This document shows, in pieces, positions 27,387 to 37,909 of a stretch of DNA of 64,000 bases. Made by a program: the position numbers and the translations under genes. Source of the stretch: Lepidodermella squamata (taxonomy: Eukaryota > Animalia > Gastrotricha); the NCBI GenBank assembly GCA_047495785.1, contig JBLDXI010000019.1, positions 2,852,001-2,916,000 on the forward strand, in the 5' to 3' direction. The notes under the pieces are model-generated. The model was not told the origin of the DNA and ran no database searches. It saw nothing but the letters and a program-made list of their open reading frames with translations. Numbering within the stretch: the first letter of the stretch is position 1; the number at the start of each line of letters is the position of its first letter.

Positions 27387-30147
27387 TTAATTATACTTCA
27401 TTCGCTGCGATTGCGCGTGTGGCATGTTGGTCTTTTGCAGCATCCTTTGTGGAGGGGGCTTAAGCGTCATTGCAAGAGGTGGAAGCTTTTGCTGACCAGT
27501 CGGAAATTTCGTTGATGCAGCCCCGTAATCAAACTGAGATGGTTTAGGTATCTTTGAAGCTGTCGGTTGCAATGAGACGTTGTTTTTTGGCGCTTGAGTG
27601 AGCATTTGATCGTAGTAAGGATTACTCGTGTCCCATTTACCAAGTGTAGTCCCGACTGGCGTTGGTGGCCTTCGACGTCCAGATACCCCAGAATTAGGTT
27701 TCACGTCACCTGTGTTGTCTTTTTTCTTACACAAACAATACAAAATTACAACAACGATGACAAAAGCAACGATTCCCCCAACGGCGGCCCCGATTATTAC
27801 GCCGAGACTGGGGCTGGACGTGGTATCTGATGTACTGTTGCCAGGTTTATAGGCAGAGGAACCATCATCCTCGCTGCTGCAAGGATTGACAGTCGGCAAG
27901 CATGTGGAAAACTCCAGAGGGTTGCCTATTTCCGCCAACATCATCGAAGCCATATCAGGCTGACTCATCGCGGCCTGAAAATCGCTCTGCGCAATCAAAG
28001 CTGGCTCAGTTGCCGCTCTTCTCCGACGCTTCGCAGTCATTGAACCGCCAGCATCACAGAACTTCTTTGTCGCCGCTGAGATGATGACGAAGGTGATCCT
28101 GAAACAGCAGCCCTTTTCAGTTTTCGAGGTATTTGCGTAGTTCGAATCGATGATATCATCCGTGCTGCTGTAGTTGAGGTTCACGTTTTGTTTTTTCGTG
28201 TAGCCAGGACAGCAAATCGAGTAGTTGGCTGCACAAACGGAATTGAGTTTCTTCGCCACATTGCTCTTGATTATTCGTCTTATCTTCAGGTAATCGTCAA
28301 TCTTAGGCACAGGCTTGTAGAGCAGATCGACGCCTTTTGATTGTTCATCACTGGAGGCTGAACAACGAGTCGGGTTGTCGCATTGTTGGTACTCTTTCGA
28401 ACCGTCGGCCTTCAGTCGCCATTGCACTCCGATGCTGCACGTCGAGGAGCAGGCGGACCATGATGAGTTGGAGAGACCGCTCGAAGGTGGAATCCAGGCG
28501 GTGAGATAGCGATCGGCTTCGCTGAGCTTGCCAGCACTTATTGATGACAAATCACAGATGGAAACAACAGTTTGTGCTGTGCCCGTAGTACCAACAATGT
28601 TTGCTACGCTACTGATCGTCGCGGCCTTACTACCTACAGTAGTTCCACTAATCGATGATTGAGGAATAGTTGAGGCAGTTGCAGACAACATGTTATTAGC
28701 TGTTGTGGAACTAGCCACAGATGAGATAGTGGTAGTGCTAGAAGTCACATCCGACCGAGCTGACGCTGAATTTGACGGCGATGCACTTTCAGTTTTTGCA
28801 GCAGTCAAGACTGTTGTGCTCGTTGAACGTGTTGAAGTCTGAGTCGAACTTGTTTGACTTAGGGTTGATGTCGAAATAGGGTATGTTGTAGTTTGAGTAG
28901 TGGCTGCCCGCGTTGCGGAGTTTGTAGACGATATCGAAGTCATTGTTTGAGTCTTTTGGGTAGAAGATGAATCACTAGTTGAAAGGCTTGTCGTTGTAGG
29001 GGGAGTCGCAGTAAGTCCGCCCGGTGATAGCTGCCAAAACCGATGGTTGATGATGCCGAAGGTCGCTTAATATAGAGAAATCTCAGTGAGAAAGTAGTAA
29101 AACGCATTTTTACCTATGGTTCCAAAGAAAGAAATCCAGCGCGGTTTTGCAGCCCCAGTTCCAATCGCAGTGCCTGCTATCGAAGGAACGGAGACATCAG
29201 AGAAGCATGCAGCAACTGGGGTCGCTCCATTGGCTGGCAGGGGCGCTAAAGCAACCTAGATTAGCATAAATAATTTAATCTAAAACTCGTAACTACATTC
29301 TAATGCTGCGTTTAGGTCATTTCAAATAAATTTCAATTAAGTAATGGCTAGAACGGAGCTGGCTGTCTTACCGTCAAAAGATTGTCGCTCAATTGAGCAA
29401 TCAGTCTGAACAACGCTAAGCCGGATGGCGCAGTGAAAACGTTTGATAAGCCGCAGCCAGGCTTCGACGTTGCAATAACGGGTAGCAACGGCAGGGTTCC
29501 AACAGCGTTACTTGTGGCTGAAGCGTATACTCGACCTCCGTAGCCCAACTCTACAACAATCGACAGTCCATTGATGCCTGAGCTCGTAATAGAAAGATTC
29601 CCTAAAAAGTCGATGACTAAAATCAGCGACAGGTTGCATAAAGTTAAATTACCGCTGTAGCTATCGTTGCTAATGAAGTTGTAATATCCATACGATGTTG
29701 ACGACAAAGTATAAGCTGCTTTTGCGAACGGAATGTCGCTATAAGTTGAACTTAAATCCATTTCAACTCTGAAATTTGTTGCGGTAGAGGGCACAGCCTG
29801 CATAAATAAATTATGTGGTCATAAATCAGTTTCGTCCGAGATAACTAGCCGTTGCAAAATTAATTCGCCCAACTGTGGAGGTATAGTTGTCGGTTAATGC
29901 GATGCCCTGGGTGCTTTGGGATGCCACATCGAACGTGGTGAATTTTGATGACGATACGTTTGCCCCGTCGAAGGATACCACTTGCTGGAAAATAGGCGCT
30001 CCAGCGTAAGAATAAGGCAAAGCCAGAGATGCTGTATCTGGAGACTGAGCCGCCCCTGATGGAAACTTTCATCTCCCGATACTGCATTGAAAAAGGTTTG
30101 AACATACCCAACGCCCATGTTACTGCCAATGCGAATAACGTGTTCAT
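27387..30147 (-). CDS. Type-I membrane mucin-stalk protein, paralog 5 (A-type N-domain)
   Basis: Signal exon MNTLFALAVTWAL; ORF pieces 29826-30020, 29348-29803 and 27387-28943; KRRRRAA, TM and NPYY. Confidence 0.85.
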
Positions 30148-30763
30148 CCTTTTTCAAAGTCTGCAATGATGCAACCGTCTGGGCTTTTTCGACACAATGC
30201 GAGCAGACAGTCATAGCCGTAAATTGATGAATAAATAATGCTATTCTCCGCCCACCCTACTTCTCTGGACTAATATTTTGCGAGGTGGCCGAATCGTTTT
30301 CTCTCGATGGAGCTGCGGGGTTCCTACAGCGATCAAGCTTTTATCATATCAACTTCCAGATTTTAACGCTTGAATCAAGTGTTCAATCAATGGCACTTCT
30401 CTTTATGTTGAGTTTGCGTCGGCGATTCGCTCGAAAAACATTTTAAGAGCAACGCCATTACTGTCCTGGAATATATTTTTCGTCCCAAATTGTGCTGTCT
30501 GTTTTATTCAAGCTTTGAAAAATCTCCACAAAATGATGTTTTGAAGCCTTAATTATTAACTTAACACCCAACTTCAAATCTCGATTAAATTTCTTAACCA
30601 ATCCCTGAAGATGGTTATTGAGTATAATATTTAGTTGAGTATAACCTAAACGTTGGAATAAACGCGTCACGTTTTATAAACATAATATTTATTCGAAGAA
30701 ACTTGTAATACGGCCTACAGATTTTTTTATAAAATAATATTTTTTAGCAAAACGAGAATCGGT

Positions 30764-30862
30764 AGTTAGGGTTAGAGATTAGGGTGAGGGGTTGGTTAGG
30801 GTTCAGGCTTAGGTTTTATTAGGGTAAGGTGTTTTTATTAGGTCAGGTTATAGGGTAAGGTG
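30764..30862 (+). repeat. Degenerate (TTAGGG)n-like interstitial repeat
   Basis: agttagggttagagattagggtgaggggttggttagggttcaggcttagg... Confidence 0.55.
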
Positions 30863-31261
30863 CAGCTTCGGATTTTTACCAAGTTCAATTTTAGGGCGCT
30901 TGCACTAAATCAGTCGTTATTTTTTGGATGAATAGTTGTTTCTCAGAAACCTGTTTTTCGCTTTGTATATAAAATCGAAAATAATCATCTGCAGCATGTC
31001 TCACCCTGGATATTCGGCGACAAGGTGTTTAGTACCAATTCTCAATGAAACAGTGTGCATCATTTGGTCATTTTCTGAACCTTTGAAGTAATTGATACCA
31101 ACAATTGTGTAATTGAGACGACGACAAAAATTTTGAATGAAAAACAGAACATTTTAATTATTTTGAAACGTGATAAATAAACGCTATATAAACCGGTTAA
31201 TTATGACTATACGTATTTTTAAACTATCAGTTTTTTTAGAACGGGGGAAAGGAATGTCTTT

Positions 31262-34200
31262 TCACAGTTTTTCTTCCAGAACTTCTTCGTCGAAAACTTC
31301 CCCTTCTTCCCCTTGGGTAGTAGTAGCCTTTGTCGTAGTAGTAGTGGTGGTAGGCCGAGTCGAAGTCGTGGTGGTCCTCGTTGTAGTAGGCCTCGTGGTA
31401 GTGGTAGTAGAAGTGCTCGTAGGTTTAGTAGTCGTAGTCGTCGGCCTGGTAGTTGTCGGTGTTGTACTGGTAGTCGATGTTGTTGTTGTTGTATTCCATG
31501 CTACATTCACCACAGGCGCGTCAGCTACCTGTATTCTCGGCTCTTTCTTGCAGTCGTCGATGAAGGGCACGGAGACCAGATCGGCGACGCCGCACAGGTT
31601 CGGCTGCGACGGGTCCTGGCGCAGCATGCGGAAATAGCCCAGTTCGCCCCAGTTCGTTCCCCAGCTGTTCCGAATCCGCCAGCTATTGAGGCAACAATAA
31701 ATCGACAATAAATCGACATAAACAATAAAGAGGGACATTTTTAAAATAAATTATTGATTCCAATCCTCATCAACAAAAACCAAAATAGACACAGGTTTAT
31801 CGAAATAAAGCATAAAATTGAAAATGTATCTTCTAGCTTGACATAAAATATTCCTTTGCAAAAATATTAGGCGGCAAGGATTTAGTGAATTTTTAAGTTT
31901 TTGTAAAAAATTGCTAAAAATTGCTAAAAAATTATCAGCGATTTCAAGGCAAATCATCAGTGACATATCATCATTAATTAATAAAAATTCTGATTAAAAT
32001 AAAATTCAAGCCGTAAATTTAATATATTTACAATTGATAATTAGCAGTGACAAATGAGCAATAAATCACAGTTCATCAAATTCATACGAAAAATATTGAA
32101 ATACGTAAAATTCTTAAGAAATTCGAATAATCAACGGCCAAAAATCATTGTTCGAAAGTCCCTGATGATTCGCCACTAATGACGCGCTGAAATGTCACTG
32201 CTCACAGCAGTCAGTGATTATTTGACCTACATTTTCTAAATTATAGAGAACCTCGGATAATGCGAATTTCGTCTTTCAGAATATTTTTTTAGCAGAACCA
32301 AATCTGCACGTTGCGGATAGATAAGCCAGGGTCGCTTTTCGAATACCGTATTTGTTCCAATACGCAGCCCGGCCTACTAAAATTTCAACCTCGAAATTTT
32401 GAAAATTTTAAAAATTAATTTTCTCGTGAATCGTTCATTTTTCATGCTTTCAAACCAACTTGACCCATCAACCCTGGGCTACTATAAGGGATGGGTGATT
32501 ATTAGTGAATGGGCTACTATTGGAAAAAATACGGTATTTCTAAAAAAATTAACACACTGTGGAAATCCTATGGTGAAGAATGCGGCTAATGAATTTTACG
32601 CTGAATTTTAAAATATGATTTTGTTTACATTTTGCTGATCATCCTTGAAGTTTCGAAAAGTGGTTTTAGGCCCATTGAAAATTCCAGAATTTTGTTCCGC
32701 TAAAACTAAGACCCTTTGTCCATATTACTTTCATCAGCCGACAAATCGGATTTCCGTATTAGATATAACATACAATTTACGCTAGTAAAAACTCACTATT
32801 TTTGATTAGTCTCAGGATCGATGCCGAAGCCGACTAGAAATACGGCGTGGTTGAGCCCGGCGACGGGGCGTTTACACTGCGTCGTCGTGTACACGCCGCC
32901 TATGTACTGGTACAAATCCTCGAGCACTTCGATGCCGATCGCCAGCGGGCCGTTGTCCATGAGAAACCGCGCCAGTTCGCACTCGCCGCCGGTGAAGTTG
33001 CGATGGCCCCGCAGCCGGCCGTACGCCGGCTTTGTCGCGTCAAATTGGCACGGCAGTTTCTGATTGTTGCGGTAAGAATACTGGTCCCAAGTGTTGAGAC
33101 CCGGCACAACTTCAAGGTATTTGAATACATTGGTCCTGAAAATAAATACATAGAAATATAATCGAAAATTGAATTATTAAATTGAATATTTTAATATTTG
33201 AGATAAATTGGGCTATTATTCAGGAATTTTTTTTAATTTCAAAATTTGAAGTATTTCGAACTATTTTCTCTTGTTTACCTACATGAGGCCACCGAAACAG
33301 CCGTAGTTGTTGAAGATTTTCGTGCAATCGACGATCTGTTGAACCGACAGGCGGAGATCCTTAATGCCACACTTCAACGCCAGTTGACTCTCAACAGCAG
33401 CTAAAAATAATTAGAGAAAAAAATCATTTAAAATTTCAATTTCAATTTTGAGCACATTTTCGACATTCAAAATGTTGTCCAAGGGCATTTGAGCAATTAT
33501 GACGCTTCAAAAATGAATCAATAGGTCCAAATTTGGTGCCTCTTATGGCTCACCACCAAGCTATTTTTCCGAGAGTTATTATCATTATTAATGTTATTTA
33601 TTATAGGTCAAACATAGATTAGGTCGAAGCTTATGGCCATGGCCGAGTTCGGTAATTACTTCAACAACTCATGGGTAAATCCGCCAGTTCCTCCCACCAG
33701 TTCCCAGTGGTATGAAGGAGCAGCGCCGTTTACGAGTGACTCGACCAAGGCACGAATCGAGATTTCAACGCTACCTAAACGGCCAGGAGGCAGCTCTCGA
33801 TGATAAAACTCTTGATTTTTTTTTTCTGGACCAATTTGCGCAACCCTAGCAACATCAATCATGCCTCAGTCGCCCAGGAGTCGAAAATTCGATTGGAAAC
33901 CTCGAAGGCGGGCAAAATATTTCCAAATCAATTGAAGCGTGACGATTTCCCGGTTCATACATTGTTAACTGCCGACCTACCCGGCCCGGCATGACGGCAC
34001 CGCCTTGGAAGAGGTTGAGTGGGCTCGCTTTTAGAAAGCTATCAGGAATCCGGCGGCAGTATTCAACGACTGGCCCACCTATCGAGAGTTCACTCGGACT
34101 TGCTGCTATACAGCGCGGTACAAAGATGCGGGGCGTACTAGAGCTGCGGAGGTTTTCAGAAGAAATATTTTCACTGCTGCCACTCGCTCGGCTTCGAGTT

Positions 34201-37055
34201 ACAATCGGGCCGCCGTCGAATTTCCGACTACACTACGCAGAAAACGAACACAGAAAATGAACGTATGAAAACGAGGCTGGCTGTCGCAGGGGGCGTCCGC
34301 TCTCATCCGAACTCCGAACTTGCGCTAAAATTTTCAGCGGCCTCTGATATCTCCTTAAAAAAACCTTTTTGGGACAAAATTTGGCATATGCATTCCCTTA
34401 GAGCTGCTCTTTCAGTAATTGAAAGAAAAATAAAGGTTCTAAAATAGGTTTCGGCAGGACATTCACCTGAAATTCACCTGAAGATTATGTGGTGAGTTTG
34501 GACCCAAAAATGCAGTTTTCTAAAATTAGTTTGAGAAAATTGTGTTCATAATTTTTCTCAAAGTTCAGCCCATCACAATGAAATTTCGTTTGCAAATCAG
34601 CGGACAAAATAACTAGCTAATTACCAAATTTTATGAAAAATTTCGCTAAAAATATTTTTCAAAGTTCAAAATTCAGAAATTCAGAATTTTCGATGAATTT
34701 TCTTGAAATATCCTTGCAAATCTGTGGGAATTTACTCGATTTTACCTGCGGAGACGACGCCGTAGCAACTGCCGCAAGATTTTTGGTCATACGGCGCCAT
34801 GACAACGCCCTTCTCGACCCAGTCGAAATAGTTCGGCAGCCCATCGCAGCCATCAGAGCGCAACAGCGAGCCCTGGCGCTGGCGCTCACTCGGCGGCGGA
34901 GCAGCCAGGCCCAACGTGCCTCGCCTCGCATCCGGCTTCATGCCAGCAAATTTCGTGATACCCCTCGGGTGCTTCTCGAGACCGGCCTGGTACCGCTCGT
35001 TGTGAGCAACGATTCGCTGGTAATTGATCTCGAAAATGTCCTGCGCCTCTTCGTCTTCGAATTTCGCTATGTCTGGGAATTTTTCACAGTATTTCTTCCA
35101 TTCGACTTCGATGGAGTCGTAGATAGGAGCTTTTCGGAGCAAACGCCGGTTGCCTCGGGGCACCAGGCCGATTTCGGCCAGCGAGTCGAAGCCTTTGAAG
35201 TGGGCGTCGACTTCGGATGAGTTGAGGCCGAAATTGCACACGAGAACCTCGTCGATGTAACCGTAGAATGAGCCGAATTGCTGGTCTGACCCGATTGTTA
35301 GTGGTGTATGAGTCGTGGCAAGCCTTTGTTCTGTCCCCATAGTTGCTACTAGCTCCTAGAAAAATCAAGAAATAACGAACTTCAAACCAAAACTATATAA
35401 ATTTCCTTTAAAAATGTGAATTATTCGAAATTCGAATTTTTGAAATTAAAATAGTTTAAAATTAAAAACAAAATTGAAATTTTGAAAATCTCAAAATATT
35501 TAAAAAATTCTAAACATTTCGGAAACAATTGAAATTTTGAAAATTGGTTTTGATTGGTGTCGTAACTTTAAAATTTCGAGAACAAAATTTCAATTGTGAT
35601 TTCAATTTTTGAATTAATGATAAAAGTTATTCAAAATTGTTCTGCCTACATTATTGAGGTGGACGTAGGTCATACTCGCGTCGTGGACAACGCAGACCTG
35701 TTGAAAATCGGCGCCATTCGGTCCGATAATTTTGTTGACATCAACACTGATCGTCGAGTTCGATTTCGGATTTTTAAAGGCCAAGTTTGCTTCGACAGCA
35801 TCGCCAATTAGGGCTGCTATGATTATCGAAAATTCCGAGCCATCGGCGTCCTTGCTGTTCGAAACGAGGCCGCCGGTTGATGAGCAGGATGTCGTATTCG
35901 TTGGATCCAAACCGCATCTAAATTATGGCTTTGGTTACGCATCGTCAAGTATAGAAACGTTTACGGATAGGTACGAAAATGAACAATCGAAAATTTAAAT
36001 ATTTTCCAATATCATTTAAAATTATAAGAGAACTTCGAATTTTCTACTTGAAATTAAACATCTATTGAATTTAAAAAATGTTTGAATTTGAAATTTTTTA
36101 TTTGGAATTTAAAATTATTTTTAAATTTCAAAATTTCAAGAATTTCAAACCTGTAGAAAAAGCAGAAAGATGCCGAAGTTGCCATGTCGAAGTTTTTGAA
36201 CGCCGGAACTTCCAGCCAGCCTCCGAACGTTTTCAACGAACCGGAACCACGAGCTTTGTGCGCGAAACTGACTTCAGCCGCGCCGACAATCGACGTGGCA
36301 ACTTTTGCCGATGAAGAATCTCTAGCATCTTGGTCGAAATTCAAATACAGCGAACACTGCCTCGGCTGATTTAAATTGTGGTCAACAAAATCGGAACAGC
36401 TGCAGGTATCGAGGCGAAACGCCGAGCCAGGCGCGCATGGCTGAATTTTCGAATTGTCCGTGTTTTCTAGGTCAATTAATTTGAACTCATCGTGGTGATC
36501 TTCCACTGAGCCCAGGTAATTTCCATAAGAATCTCGGCATAGAGTTGAATTTATTTGAATCGGCGGCATTTGCGTGGTTGGCGGCGAGAATTTTCGATTA
36601 TTCACGCATGGCTGCGTGCAATTTTCGTCGGACTCGCATGAGCAGGTCTCAACCTGGAACCGGGTTCCATTCGGGCAGCAAAACGGGTAGCTGATCTCGT
36701 TAGCGCAGACGAAAAATGAATTGCAAGAAATTTTCGACCCGTAGCAGCCATGCGTGGCTGTGTCCTCGTTTCGACACGGGTCTGAGCAGGGCGAATCTGG
36801 GTTCTCAGGTACACACTGCAGGTGAAGGTCGTGCCAAAATAGGCCCTGGGCGCATTTTCTCAGGTACCCGATCGCATTAGTCTCGTTCAAATAAAAGCAT
36901 TGGTAATATTGGTGGCAGTCAAGCGGATCGGCGTATAAATCTAGCTGATTGCGGCGGTTTGAAATTGAGAAGCAAAATTTATTAGGATCAGGCGCTGTTC
37001 TAGCAATAGAAATTGCACTTGTTGCAGACAAAAGTAAAAAAATTGAAATAATCAT
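31262..37055 (-). CDS. Secreted multidomain papain-family (C1A) protease: signal peptide, CBM14 x2-3, LamG/ConA-like domain, I29 propeptide, C1A domain, Thr-rich/acidic tail
   Basis: Six exons, frame-consistent: 37055-36151, 35917-35650, 35355-34746, ~33400-33283, ~33135-32797 and ~31682-31262. Motifs YADPLDCHQYYQC...CAQGLFW, LYLNFD...LTIG...FYGYIDEV, ERFNIN-like IFEINYQRIVAHN, QKSCGSCY, NHAV and NSWG. Confidence 0.88.
32346..32534. mobile_element. Intronic CCGTA-family MITE (shorter, inverted relative of 590-1000)
   Basis: TA|CCGTATTTGTTCCAATA ... TATTGGAAAAAATACGG|TA; subterminal sequence shared with 590-1000. Confidence 0.75.
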
Positions 37056-37192
37056 TTGCTAGGGTTGATGAAATTGTGGGCGGAACGTGCGAGGATACGC
37101 TTCACTGATCCGGTCACGCGACAACAGGGCACCTGGTGTTTTCGATTGCGAAATCAAGCACGGGCGAGGAATTTTTTTCTATACGGCAAGAC

Positions 37193-37203
37193 GGCACGTG
37201 CGC
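37193..37203. promoter_or_regulatory. E-box-containing motif GGCACGTGCGC upstream of protease gene 1
   Basis: An identical 11-mer lies upstream of protease gene 2 at 42799-42809. Confidence 0.4.
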
Positions 37204-37909
37204 CGAGTGGTGTGATGTCTGAAGTTCTAGAAAAATAACCTTAATACGTTCTAAAAATCAAAATAATAAAAATCGGACAAAAATCGAATTCTTCAGAAAA
37301 ATCAGTATATACTCGAAACTTATTAAATTCGAACAATGAAAGCTTTTCTTATTTCCTGCAATTTATCAAGAATTTTTTTATTTCTGCCCGATTTCTAGCG
37401 ATTCGACATATCTTTTTGGTAACCTTGGACGGTGGTAAATTGCCGTCTCTCATTAGCATATTCAACAGCCTCATGAATGACAATATTCGCCCTTGAAATC
37501 GCGGACAAATTTCGTAGAAATTTCTTTTTGGATCTCCAGAAAAAATTAAATCCTTCGCAGTCGCATACCGAATTTGTTCCAATAGTAGCCTCAATTCAAT
37601 TCGCTGAAAATCGCCCGTATTCCTAATACATAATATAGCCCTGGTCGTCCGTTAAAAAAAAATTGTAAATGAAAGATTCACTAAAAAATATGTTTCGAAT
37701 TTTTCAAAAGTTCCGAGGTTCAAATTTAGATACCTGGTACTAGGAATCTTCGTACGGATTTCCTAGGTGACCCCGTATCAAAAAAATTATATAAATAATC
37801 ACATAATTTATTGTAAGTCAATCGCTGATAATCATGAATATATCGTCAAAATAAATTGCAGTCAAAAAGCTCGTCAAAATATGTTGCGGCAGTTTGCAAG
37901 AAATCCAGT

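Noticed and set aside
30764-30862. True telomere or chromosome-fusion site
   Set aside because: Short, highly degenerate and in one orientation only.
3434-31711. Val-rich plus-strand ORFs (e.g. 3434-3760, 7920-8270, 16964-17761, 31170-31637)
   Set aside because: These are antisense shadows of Thr/Ser-rich coding sequence.
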